DNA of 64,000 nucleotides from positions 364,188,001-364,252,000 of the forward strand of contig OZ024743.1 of the NCBI GenBank assembly GCA_964016885.1, given 5' to 3'. Made by a program: the position numbers and the translations under genes. The DNA is from Eledone cirrhosa (lineage: Eukaryota). Below the pieces are notes generated by a model that had not been told where the DNA came from, did not search any database, and was given only the letters and a program-made list of their open reading frames with translations. Below are positions 39,001 to 50,399 of the stretch, in pieces. The first letter of the stretch is position 1, and each line of letters starts with the position of its first letter.

Positions 39001-39966
39001 CAAAGCAGGTAAAAGTAACTGCAAAGAAAGAACTGCTACAGAAACTGGCTAAGAAATGGCAAGAAAAGCCTCTGTATGGAAAATACCCAGAACGAGCTAA
39101 CAATCCTGATGTTGACAAAACTTTAACCCATCAGTGGTTGGCATCCTCTGGACTGAAATCGGAGACTGAAGGACTGATTATATCAGCACAAGATCAGTGT
39201 CTGCCAACAAAAAATTACCAAGCCAACATAATAAAAAATGGATGCAGCCCATTATGCCGTGTATGCAAAAAACAACCAGAGACCATTGACCATATAATTT
39301 CAATGTGCAGTCCTATAGCTCCAACCGAATACCTAAACAGGCATGACAGAGCTGCACAATACATACATTGGATAATGTGTAAGCATTTTGACTTGCCCCA
39401 TCAAAAGAATTGGTGGGAGCATCAACCACCTCCCATACTTGAAAAAGATCACATCTCAATCTTGTGGAACTTTAGCATCCAAACAGACCAAAAAATAGAT
39501 GCAAATAGACCTGATATAATATTGAAGGACTTTCAAAAGAGGGTATGCCTGCTAATTGATATGTCTGTTCCAATAGACAAGAATGTATCTATAAAAACAT
39601 TTGAAAAATTGAGCAAGTATAAGGACCTGGAGATAGAAATTGGAAAAATGTGGAAATTGAGAACTAAAACAATACCAGTGGTTGTAGGCGCTCTGGGAAT
39701 GATACCTAAGGGGTCTAATGATTACTTATCGCAGATCCCAGGAAACCCGCGTATAGGAGAAATACAAAAGATAGTACTAATGGGAACTGCCCATATACTA
39801 AGGAAGATTCTGTCAATATAAGTACATCATAAATCTAAACACTAAAGATGCATGTGTGAGTATGTATGTTCTTCCTTGAACATGGCGGACCTTGTTGTCT
39901 CTTGAGGTCACTGGTTGTGACTTGGTGATAACTCGTATGAACATAAAGCAAGATAAATTCAACTGT
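36012..39966 (+). mobile_element. apparently full-length R4/Dong-like non-LTR retrotransposon (family A)
   Basis: GC-rich structured 5' UTR, single long ORF, ~145-bp 3' UTR, (AAT)n tail; 5' boundary approximate. Confidence 0.93.
36432..39821 (+). CDS. reverse transcriptase / CCHC / restriction-like endonuclease polyprotein (1129 aa; frame is open from 36171)
   Basis: KSPGKD, NYRPITCL, WIDYKKAFDSLPHSW, GIFQGDSLSPLLF, YMDD, CRVC..HIISMC, RHD, RPDII..LIDMSVP..KLSKY. Confidence 0.95.
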   Translation: MYYPSNTSNTEQTYINWKKKHPENRGYTDSNKLANIRRNIVRKRLLTDIEIDQIKLLAQSQRRENETCVSENEVNCNTSNPRVGAESLATEQIKERIEKVEGVHAQDETPNENNEIVNDKEMNENELANLKDEIMIEWMKMKESDMGQRDTLPKIQNFKQNQKIIHKTNIILKNIIITNKLNITDLNHLYYASAKVTTHLCGVKMQKQRNSHKKSTWQENINRQINLLRSDIEILTNYKVGEHVKQTKLRKLKKKYSIKSTCDIDMLIEIIKQKVSAKAARIRRFEKRSRFYKDNNMFKNNQRNFYRKIGKSTITAKSIPPKEEVQEFWEKIWAEEKVHNIHAPWIDRQMKDTAHLEEQIWENITVEQLRLALRKTSKWKSPGKDKIQNFWINAFTESHELLAQLYNEIVKEPEKIPSWLVNGITFLLPKNDETNNPKNYRPITCLTTMYKILTSVLTEYTYDHLITNDLFPIEQKGCKRGSYGCKDQLLVNKMILEDCHNRHKNLSIAWIDYKKAFDSLPHSWIEKCLEIFKISPVVRRFLSFSMKTWKTTLLLNSETKSLEAGEVNINCGIFQGDSLSPLLFCIALIPLSKMLNETKHGYKVYDKTINHLFYMDDLKLFAKNDEQLQGLLSTVEQFSDDIKMEFGLDKCAKATFTRGKLLKSSDINLDRGNVIRELDQEKTYKYLGVCEGDGIKHSTMRERIRKECYRRVRAILRTELNARNRIDAINTLAIPVVTYSYNIINWSSTEIRRLDTKIRKFLTMHRMHHPKADIDRIYLPRKEGGRGLIQLDIALKTATIGLSTYLRESHDWMIKLVLKHESIKRSYSITKDAQRYSNGLQISEVPFTAEMENTEKAKQVKVTAKKELLQKLAKKWQEKPLYGKYPERANNPDVDKTLTHQWLASSGLKSETEGLIISAQDQCLPTKNYQANIIKNGCSPLCRVCKKQPETIDHIISMCSPIAPTEYLNRHDRAAQYIHWIMCKHFDLPHQKNWWEHQPPPILEKDHISILWNFSIQTDQKIDANRPDIILKDFQKRVCLLIDMSVPIDKNVSIKTFEKLSKYKDLEIEIGKMWKLRTKTIPVVVGALGMIPKGSNDYLSQIPGNPRIGEIQKIVLMGTAHILRKILSI

Positions 39967-39980
39967 AATAATAATAATAA

Positions 39981-40130
39981 TATAAGTACATCACAAGTCT
40001 AAACACTAAAGATGCATGTGTGAGTATGTATGTTCTTTCTTGAACATGGCGGACCTTGTTGTCTCTTGAGGTCACTGGTTGTGACTTGGTGATAACTCGT
40101 ATGAACATAAAGCAAGATAAATGCAACTGT
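39981..40130 (+). mobile_element. second copy of the family-A 3' UTR with its own (AAT)n tail
   Basis: Near-identical to 39817-39966 with a few substitutions. Confidence 0.9.
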
Positions 40131-40398
40131 AATAATAATAATAATTATTATTTCTTTATTAACCACAAGGGTTTACATGAAGTAGACATTAAGGACAGTG
40201 CAGGACAATACAGGACGGTACAAATGGGCATTTCTGCGTGTAAAGAACAAAAACAGAGGATGTAACAAAAACTAACAATGAAAATTTCCCCAATAGGGGG
40301 GAGACTTCGGAGGGACATTTGTGGAGAAAGCCCAGTAAAAGGCCCCAGTGACCCTGACCACCAAGGCAAGTGCCCTCTCCCAGTTTTCCACCTTTAAT

Positions 40399-43300
40399 TT
40401 ACAGATACGTACTCAGAGTAGGCCCATTCACTCGGGCCATTCTTGCTTCTCTCACCCATCTTTCAACAAAATGCTGGGAAGAGAGCACTTCCCTCTCTAC
40501 CCTGATTTTCCTTTTCAAATGAAATTTGAAAAAGTTAATCAGGGCATCACCGAAGAGGTAAGTGCTCGTCTTCAGCCCTTTCAAACGTGTCCACCATACT
40601 ATCTCTTTCGCCATGGCCACCAGACAGATAAAAATTGCCTGCCCTTCCCGGCTAAATGAAGAGGGCGGGGCAATCCTCACGATGGACTCAGATGATAGCC
40701 GGATCCGTCCTACACGCGACAGCAGGTGTTCGACATAAACCCACAAGTCAGCAATTTTCGGACACTGGACGAGTGCGTGCAGGACGGTTTCGTCGCCCTG
40801 CGCGCATCTCGGACATGCCCGGCTGACGGCACCTCCATGCCTGTAGAGTTTATCCCGAACTGGCAAGGCTCCTCGGTAGCACTGCCAGGCCAGAGATTTC
40901 TGGAAGTTGTCCATAGGTCCCGGCCCGAAAGTTCTTCCGAAGAGATTGGCTAGTTGATTTTCGTCGACGCCTAGAGTTTCCCCCAAGTACGTCGTCGCTC
41001 TTCCCCTCCACTAATCCTCTATAGAACGCCGAGGTGGAGTTTCCACCGATCACATTGCCCGATTGGTCGAGGGCCGTGAGCGCCTGAAGACATTCCAGTC
41101 TCCAGGCGCTCCCTCTCGGTCTTCGCTTGACCCAGGACTGCAGCTCCGTCAAGGAAACGAGCTGGGGAAATACGTGTCTAGCAAACGGTGACCACACCTG
41201 ATCACCGTCGAGGAAGAGGTGGAGATGTAGCCTGAGTGCGTGTCTGCGCATCATCAGCCACGGCATGCCCAGCCCTCCACGTAGCGGGTGTTGACAGCAG
41301 ATGGACCGCCTGACCATCGGAGCGCGTCCCTTCCACAAAAAGCGAAAGAGCAAACGCTCCAGCGCAGTCAGGCGGGGCTTAGGACAAGGTGCGACGGTCA
41401 GCCGGTAGCAGATGACAGACGCGATGTACGCGTTAGCCACCTCCGCTCGACCTTTCAGGGATAGCTTCCTCTCCGCCCATTTCTGGGTGAGAGAAGCCAC
41501 CCTGCTCGTCACCTCGTCCTAGTTTTTGTCCGTCTGGAGGTCCGGACAGAAACAGACCCCTAGCAATTTAACCGGTCCGTCCGTCCAGCGTCCGACGACG
41601 CTGTTGGACGGCATGGATCTGCCTCTCCAGGTGCCGAGCTGCAGGCCCACTGACTTTTCCTGGTTGATCATTGCTCCTGTCACCGCTTCGTATTCTCTTA
41701 GTGTAGTGCCGATCGCCTCGATGTGTTTGGCGTTCGACACCACTACGGTGACATCGTCCGCATATGCTGACACGGATTTTCCGCATCCTAGTTCGCGCGG
41801 GACGCCCCTCAACGTCTCCAGTTTGTGCAGTAATGGCTCGAGAGTCAATACGTACAAGAGGGACGAGAGGGGACATCCTTGGCGGACCGAGCGCATGATG
41901 TTGAACGGTTCCGAAAGGTGACCGTTCACTCTCACCACAGAGCAGATGTCGCTGTGCATGGCAGCGATCCAGCCTCTGAAGACGGGCCCAAAGCCAGCCG
42001 CCCTCAGGACTGCCGCTAGGTAACGATGGTCGACCCTATCGAAAGATTTCGACTGATCTAAATTGATCAAGGACCTACCCGTGCCAGGTTCCCTAGCTAC
42101 CCTCTCTACGATGTATCGCATGAGGTGGAGGTTGTCGTGGATGGATCTGTCGGGAATGGCGCATGTCTGCGCCTCTCCCACCAGACCACCAACGACAAGC
42201 GCCAACCTCTTTGCTAGCACCTTGGCCAAAATCTTGAACTCTGTGTTTAGCAGAGTTATGGGCCGGAAATTATCTATGTTATCCTCCTTGTTCGGATCCT
42301 TTCTCAGCAGTGCCACCGCTCCTCGGCTCACAGAACTGGGAATTCTCCCGTTCTGTTGCCAGTTGCAGTAGACGTCCGCCAAGAGGCCTCCGAACAAGTC
42401 TGGCATCTGTACGTAAAGTTCATAGGGCAGACCATCAAAACCAGGCGATTTACCCCTTGTGCAGCCAGTCATTGCCTCCCTTACTTCAGCGGCTGTTATC
42501 GGCTTTTCGCAACACTCCGCCTCAGTGGCCGAGAGCCGCGGCAGTCCGTCGAAGTAGACACTAAAGTCCATCCCTCGACCCGGCCCACCGCTGCCCCCGA
42601 ACAACTGAGCGAAGTGTCGCTGAAAAGCTTCACACATTTGCCCGGGATCGAGTAGCATGCGCCCGTCGTGGTCCACCAAAGACCGGATCGTGGCTTTGTT
42701 GCCACGACGCGCCTCCGCCACTCGGGCCCATTGAACGGCTTTCGTTCCCTCGTGTCTGAGAGCACGGACCCTAGCTCTGACAATGCAGCCTTCGTCCTTT
42801 GCATTGAAGAATTGGTCAAGGACCAATTTCGCCGCAAGCACGTCGGTCGCAATGCCTTTGCTAAGCGCCTCGTCTAATTTTCTAACTAGTTCTCCCTCTG
42901 CTCTATTTTTCTCTATTGCTAAAGCCTTACTAAACCTAATCGATTCTATTCTAATCGCTCTTTTCAGAGCAAACCACCACTTGTTGTTGACGATGGCCCC
43001 CGTCAACGCCCGCTTAACTAGTTCTCTAATCCGGTCTCTGTAGGCCTTGCGCGCTGGTATGGACGCGTTTAGCTTCCAGTAGCCGGGTCCTCGTCTATGA
43101 AGCCTATCTAAGTCAAGCACACAGATCACGAATTTGTGGTCCGTGTAGCTGACTATCTTGAATTGTGGACAGCCTATGCTAGACCTATCTATTTCCCTAC
43201 AAAATACTCTATCTAGATATGATCTGGATGACCCTATGCGATTTGTCCAAGTCCACATTGGCACATTCGGGAAATCCAATCGGTACCTGTCAGACAGTTC

Positions 43301-43815
43301 AAAACGCCTGAGCAGGTTGGTGAGGCTCTTGCACCCTCCACCCCTATCCGCTAATCCCACACAGTCCCAGCGTGCATCTAAGATCCCGTTCCAGTCGCCC
43401 ACTAACACTAAAGAGCGGGACGTTCCAAGAAAGGTCTCCAGACGCCGGAAGAAATCAGGCCACCCTGCTCCTGTCGGGGCATAGACGGCCACTAGCCTGA
43501 AAGCTTGCCCGTCTCCGCTGGTCACGTCCAGCACCACCAACTTACCCTCTGGGTCCAGGAAGATGGCCCGTATGGCGAGATCCAAACCTCTCCGAAAAAG
43601 CACAGCAACTCCTCCCCCGATCCAGGACGGCTGGGAGATGCGTACACATCGTAGCTGCCGAAGATCGGTGCGAAGGCCCGTGCTTCGGAGATTCTGGTCT
43701 CGCTGATGGCCACTACATCTATGTTTAGTGACCTGAGGTCGTTGAGCAGGTGACCCTGCTTCCATGACGACCCCAAGCCACGTGCATATATGCTGCCTAT
43801 TCTGAGTGAGGTCAT
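40399..43815 (-). pseudogene. ORF2, APE endonuclease plus reverse transcriptase (about 2 frameshifts and 1 stop)
   Basis: MTSLRIGSI..ISET, VYAP, LVGDWN, SYLDR, TDHK; FRPITLLN, LDQSKSFDRVDH, VRQGCPLS, YADD; C-terminal CPRC..ETVLHAL..C. Confidence 0.92.
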
Positions 43816-43817
43816 AT

Positions 43818-45881
43818 TTAAAATAGAGTGGAAAAGATGGGAAAGACCACTTACCGTACTTTTCGTAGAGGAGGGATGGTTTTTCCATCCCTTTGCACTT
43901 GATCGTCTGGTGAAGGGACCGTTGAATCGTCCCTTCGGCTGGTCGTCGGCTCTTCTATGAGTATGTCCGAATATACTCTTCGGTTGAGTGTCCCTCCTAG
44001 GTCTCTGAAATCACCAACTGCGTTGGGGAATTTCGTTTTAAGGTTTGTGTATTGTTTCTGTGCTATTTTTAGCAGTCTTATGTTAGTTGGCGTTTTGATT
44101 GGTGCTGGTATTATGTAGTCGTGTTGTGAAATGTCTTTGTGTTCAATTATGCAAGTCATTAGTTTCTTGCTGTGTGTATTTATTGCCGTGCATTTGTTTT
44201 TCTGGGGGTGGGGGTGGTTCTGCTATTTTCTTGTCGCTGTTGCTGGGTGTGTGTGTTTTGTTGTTGTGTTTGCGATGTTGGTGCTTGTGGTGGTGGTGTT
44301 GAAGGTGTTGTTGTTGTTGGCGGTGGGGTTGTCGCCGGTGGTGATGGTGGTGCTAGTGTGGGTGGTGATGGTGTTGGTGATGTTGCTTCTGTGAGTCTCT
44401 TTGCAGTAGCCTTTACCTTTTTTTCATTTCTTTCCTCCCTTTTCAAAGGCGACGATGCGCTGCTTCTGCGTTTGTGCCTTCTTACGACCTTTTGCCATCC
44501 CTCTCCCACCTCACACTCCATGTCTGATTCTGTGAGGTCGGGGAGGGGTACCAGCTCCACTCTTTCACTTGTTATTGTTGGTGATGTTTGCACTGGAGTC
44601 TCTGTTGCAGCTGCATTTGGTATTGCTGTTGTTGTTGTTAATACTTCCACTGCTGCTGCTGTTTTTGATTTCCGTGGCGTGGGTATGGGTGCCACGGACC
44701 TATCGTTCCTGGTTGCCGCTTGTCCTGTTGCTGGTAGCCGTGGAGCCGGTTTCGGAAGGAGGGGGGTTTTCTCCTTTCTCAGGGTCTTCTCGTTGCAGAA
44801 GGCCCTGAGGTGAGTCTTCGATCCACAGCGAAAGCATTTCGGGCGTTTGCCCTCAACACTTATGGGCAGTTGAGTGCTGTTATCGAAGTCTATCACATCC
44901 GAGATAGCTTCGATGCACTCCTGGTTGGTTTGGATTAACATCTCAATGGAGGTGCCGACCCAATCTTCTCTTACTTTTTTCTGTACTTGCAGTACAGTTG
45001 TTTTGTCCTCGATTCCGACGAGGACAGACGCGGCCAGCCAAGAAGGGGCCATCCTGGGGTGTGGCAAAAAGTACGTCTACGGTGGCATATTTTTTGCCTC
45101 GGGTGATGTGCGTTTTCCGCTGCCACACAGACCCCAAGGCTTTTTGTATTTGAGCCTCTGTGGCTCTTTCAACCCTACGGGATTTTGTACTTACTGTACG
45201 GTACGTGACCGTACAGTGCTGTTGGGTTTCGAAAAATTTTTCGGCTGCCTTGCAGATTGCTCGGTGTTCAGTTTTTGTCACCATCTTCTTCGCTTCCTCT
45301 AATTCCTCATTTGTTATGAGGATGGTTTCCAGGTTCTTTGCGATACCAGCAAACGAGATTGGTTTTTCTTTGCTGCTGTTGTTGTTGTTGTTGTTGTTGT
45401 TGTCGTCAGAGCTGCTATTACTTTTGTTGTTGCTGCAGGTACTACGACTACTGCCGCCGCCGCTGTTGCTGTGGTTGTTGTTGTTGTTGTTGTTGCTGCA
45501 GCTGTTGTTGTTGCTGCTAATGCTGTTGTTGTTTATGCTGCTGCTGATGCTGTTGCGGCTGCTACTGTTGTTTTCCTTGTCACTGTTGCTGCTGTTATTA
45601 CGGCTGCTACTGCTATTATTCCTGACGTCAGACGAATGAAATCGGTTTTCGTATTTCCCGTACACCTTTTTCGTCGTTGTCGTCGTCGTCGTGGAGAAAT
45701 CTTGCTCGCTTTGCACGTGATTTTTCTTTTCTGGCGTCGCTTGCGAAAGAGAAGGGAGGGAGAGAGACACATTTAGAGAAGGGAGGGAGAGAGACAATCT
45801 TCTCTCTGCTGTAGTGACGATTGAGGAAGAAGAAGACGGAATGAGTGGGAGTGACCTATGAAAATTCTTTTTCGTAGCCAT
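43818..45881 (-). pseudogene. ORF1, nucleic-acid-binding protein with Asn/Ser-rich N-terminus and CCHC knuckle (frameshifted)
   Basis: CFRCGSKTHLRAFC = C-x2-C-x4-H-x4-C; a TAA lies 2 nt before the ORF2 ATG. Confidence 0.8.
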
Positions 45882-46785
45882 GTTGTTTTTTTGTTTAAAA
45901 TAAATATTGGGCACAAAACCCCAATAAGCGGTTATTTAACCCCGAAGGGCCAAATAACGGGCAGAAAGACCCCTCTCACGAGGAGGAGGGTGTTTTTGTC
46001 TACAAGTTGGTTAAAGTTTTAAACAATTTACAATTGTTATAGCGGTCAAAATTTACAATACCTTACAGAGCCGAGCCTCCGTCAACCATAGCATTCAATA
46101 ATAATAATAATAATAATAATATATTTAAAACAACTGTGATAGAATGATTCTTATTACAAATGAAGTATAAGATTACAGTTTCTACGCTCAGCAAGCCACA
46201 ACACAACGCATCACTTTACGGCATAGGGCCCCAATATTTAATATTTAATTTTGGATCAGAAATGTTATAGTCGAAAAAGAGGAAAATAGCAAAATGGCTA
46301 AGTGGACAGACAGGCAAATAATTTCACCACCAACACCATCACCACTACCACGCCAAAAACTCTAGTCAAGTTACCTCAAATTCTATTTCTACTTCAACTT
46401 CAACACCATCACTACAGTACTACGATCACATCACCACCACCACTGCCTCATTATCGCTACCGCCGCTATTCTCTCCCACTACCTCCTGCTAAGACATGCA
46501 TCGTAGTGTCCCCACTAAAAGAGGAAGGCATCAAAAGATATAAATAGACTGATTTGATGACCCGGTCAAATAATCAGAAAACCAAAATTCAAAATCAAAA
46601 CAGCAAAGCAACAACGAAAAACGTAAAGAAAAGAAAAATGAAAAGAAAAACAAACAGACAGACAGAGAGGGGAAAAGAAAAACTAAGTCAGACATTCAAA
46701 CATTACATTACAATGAAACTTATGTTTATTCTTTTGGTTTTTTTTTTTACCTATTTGTTTGTTTGTTTATTTATGTTCGTCTACA

Positions 46786-49700
46786 CCGTGATAGTGCCAC
46801 ACTAAAATCACCGGGGGTGATGAAATCACCGGTGGTTATGTAAGCATACATTCACCAATCCTCGATAAGAGTGTTTAAATGTCGAACCTAAACAGTTCGA
46901 ATAACGGTGAAGTGGAGACTGGAATGTCATGTGACAGACTCTCACCCAGCAGGTGCTCCCTGGCTCAGCAGCAGGGACCTGGCTGTCAACCAAAAACTGC
47001 TGGTGCCGGAGGAAGAAGAAGGAAAGGGACCAGAACCAACTGGATGAAAGAATTGAATAGAACTGTTATGCAATGTTACTTGAAGAGTAACCCCAAGGAG
47101 AAAGGCTATAGGAAACGGATGCATAACATCTGGAACGAGATTGGTCTATTTAAATTAGATGAACAAAAATTGGCCGGGCAGGCTCGGGTAATAAGAACTA
47201 ATGGGTGGATAAGCGAGCTGGAACTGGAGGAACTGAGCAGAGAGATTAAGTTGGAAATGGAGAGTGGAGTATGCCAGGCAAACGAGCCAGTGGGAAATGA
47301 AGGCGAAGAGGTTGAGAGAACGGAGGAACCATCTGAAGCAGACAATGATCTGAATGCTGAAATAAATAATACCTGGAACAAAGATACGGCCATTGAGGAG
47401 ATGAATGCTGACGGGCTAGGACAAGATTTGGTTGATATCCTAAACTTAGTGGTAGATGAATTGAACAATGATAGTGGGAAACCTATGAACCTAAGATTTG
47501 TAGACAGGAAAAAGTTAAAAGAAACAACAGCTAAGTTAAACAAAGTCATCCCATACCTTGAGGCGAGGAGCCTTCACCAGTGCAACAATATCCTCAAAGC
47601 AACAGCAAATGCGGTGAGGAAATTACTTGGCATAAAAGCGAGAGGAAACACAAACAAGAAAGATCAGAACCTTGGTGGAAGAAACGACTGAATGGTCAAA
47701 TCAGGGAAATGAGAAATGACATTGGAAAGCTTGAGTCCCTACTGAATGGGACACTAAAAAACATAGACACTAAAAATAGACTGGAAATAAAGTACAAAAC
47801 TAGGAGGAAAAAGCTAAATATTATCATAGAGGAACTGAAGCAACGCATTGTAGCAAAGAGTGCAAAAATTAGGCGATACGAGAGCAGAGTCAGTCAGTAT
47901 AGACAGAACCGCATGTTTGACAACAACCAGAAGATGTTTGGACAGCTTGAAGGGAAAGAAAGAGGCAACGACTTAATCCCTGAGGCGGAACAAACTAAGA
48001 CATTCTGGAGAGGAATATGGGAGCAGGATGTTAAACATAATGACCAGGCAGTGTGGATTGAGACAGTACAAAAGGAGATTAGTGAACAGGCACACCAACA
48101 AACTGATTTGAGTATCACAGTTGAAACTCTTAAAGGGCAGGCCAAAAAACTAACCAACTGGAAATCACCAGGCCCAGATGGTGTGCAGGGGTATTGGATT
48201 AAAAATATAACATCCCTCCACCCGAAACTGACAACCATGTTCAATGACTGCTTGATGTCAGGTGAGGTACCAGAGTGGTTGACAAAAGGTACCACAGTTC
48301 TGGTAATGAAAGACCGAATCAAGGGTAATGATGTTACCAACTATAGACCTATCACATGTCTGTCCGTAATGTGGAAACTGTTAACAAGCATTATGTCTGA
48401 GGAAATCTACCATCACCTCCACACAAACAACTTCTTACCGGACGAACAGAAAGGATGCCGAAAGAAGTTCCGTGGTACAAAGGACCAGTTACTTATTGAT
48501 GAGGAATGAGGAATTGCAAGAGGAGACACACTGGTCTTGCCATGGGATGGATAGACTACAAAAAGGCATTTGACATGGTGCCTCATTCTTGGATCACCAA
48601 AAGCCTAGAGATCTTCAAGGTGGCAGCTAACATCAGACAGTTGTTGGGCAAAAGTATGAAGTCCTGGAAAACAGAGTTAACATCAGCTGGAGAATCCTTG
48701 GGAGGCGTGAAGATCAAGAGAGGTATCTTCCAGGGAGATAGTCTGTCCCCTCTTTTGTTTTTCCTTGCCCTGATGCCCCTGACCATTATACTGCGAAAAG
48801 TGAGAGCAGGATACAAGTTGGGAAAGGGAGAGCTTACCATCAATCACCTCCTCTTCATGGACGATCTTAAGCTCTTCGGAAAGAGTGAGAATGAGTTGGA
48901 TGTGCTTGTTGACACTGTCCGTATTTTCAGCAATGATATATGTATGCAATTTGGTATTAGTAAGTGTGGAGTCCTTGTGATGAAGAGGGGTAAATTGGGC
49001 AGAAGCAACGGAATCCAGGTACCAACAGGTGATGATAAAGGAAATTGACACTGAAGAAGGATACAAGTATTTGGGTGTTCTGGAGGCTGATGACATCAAG
49101 AACGAAAAAATGAAGGAATTGATAAGATCTGAATACATTCGGAGAGTAAGGAGCGTATTAAAGTCACATCTGAACAGTAGGAATGCCATAAGTGCAGTAA
49201 ATTCCCGAGCTGTGTCTATTATTAGGTACAGTGCTGGAATTCTGAGATGGAATGTTGCTGAACAAAAAGAAATGGATAGGAAGACTAGGAAGCTATTGAC
49301 TATCTACAACATGTTCCACAAGAGGAGTGATGTCGATAGACTCTACTTAAGGAGATCTGAAGGTGGAAGAGGTCTTATCAGTATAGAAGACTGTGTTCAG
49401 ATGGAGAAAAACAACCTACACAAATACGTGACTGATAGTAAGGAGCCAATGCTCAGAATTGTACTGAAGGAGAGGACAATAGACCAGGGGATGTCCAAGG
49501 AGGAAATAACAACAAGGAGAAAGAGCAGCCTTCATGAAAAATCCCTTCATAGTACCTTCTTTGAGAAAACTGAATTCAGAGATCCACAGACATGGAACTG
49601 GTTGAAAAGAGGAAACCTTAAAAAGGCTACAGAATGAATGCTAATGGCTGCGCAAGAGCAGGCCCTCAAAACGAGTGGTTGAAACACCATATTTACAAGG

Positions 49701-50364
49701 AGGAGGCTAGCCCACTGTGCAGGATCTGTGGAGAGAGAGAGGAGACTGTGGCTCACATTGTATCCGAGTGTAAACACCTAGCCCAGACTCACTATAAGGG
49801 CTGGAGACATGATGTGATGGGCAGGGTGATCCACTGGCACCTATGCAAAGTAAACAATTTACCACATTCTGAGAAGTGGTATGAGCATAAGCCAGAGTCG
49901 GTGATAGAAAACGATCAGGTGAAGGTGCTGTGGGATTTTAGAATACGGACGGACAAGAAACTGGAACACAATAAACCTGACCTGGTGGTTTTGGACAAGG
50001 AAAAAAGATCGTGTCTGATTGTGGATGTGGCCTGCCCATTCGACACGAGAGTGCAAGAGAAGGAGAGGGAGAAAATTAACCGATACCAGGACTTAAAGTG
50101 GGAGGTAAAAAGGATTTGGAACTGCCATGAAGTCAAAGTGGTCCCGATTGTCATAGGCGCACTAGGTACTATCTCAAAGAGTTTCCAGGGATGGTTAAAG
50201 AAAATTGGCCCCGCCCCGCTTTTTGGAACACTTCAAAAGGCATGCTTGCTAGGAACAGCAAGAACCCTCCGATACGTCCTGAATATCTGAGGCTGCAGGT
50301 AGTGGCTTGATATTCATTTTAACAAACTTTCCAGTTAACTAACATCAATGACTGAGACTCAAAG
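46786..50364 (+). mobile_element. full-length R4/Dong-like element (family B), mildly decayed
   Basis: ORF pieces 46879-50290 cover the N-terminal RTNWMKELN motif, RT (FMDD), CCHC and RLE; (AAT)n tail 50365-50397; 5' boundary approximate. Confidence 0.92.
46879..50290 (+). pseudogene. Dong-like RT/RLE ORF split by several frameshifts and a stop
   Basis: Five overlapping ORF-track segments that join into one polyprotein. Confidence 0.9.
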
Positions 50365-50367
50365 AAC

Positions 50368-50397
<30 letters not shown>

Positions 50398-50399
<2 letters not shown>

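Larger units (their letters stand above)
40146..46096 (-). mobile_element. full-length Tx1/L1-clade element inserted in (AAT)n
   Basis: 5' UTR, ORF1, ORF2, 3' UTR ending AATAAAGAAAT; (AAT)n on both flanks (40131-40145 and 46097-46120). Confidence 0.94.

Noticed and set aside
41526-45776. Multiple + strand ORFs opposite the Tx1-like element
   Set aside because: Antisense shadows of GC-rich coding or trinucleotide sequence with no recognisable motifs.
33373-50397. CRISPR-like or prokaryotic retron/DGR interpretation of RT genes with repeats
   Set aside because: Repeats are microsatellites and the RTs are eukaryotic non-LTR types; no cas genes, operons or repeat-spacer array.
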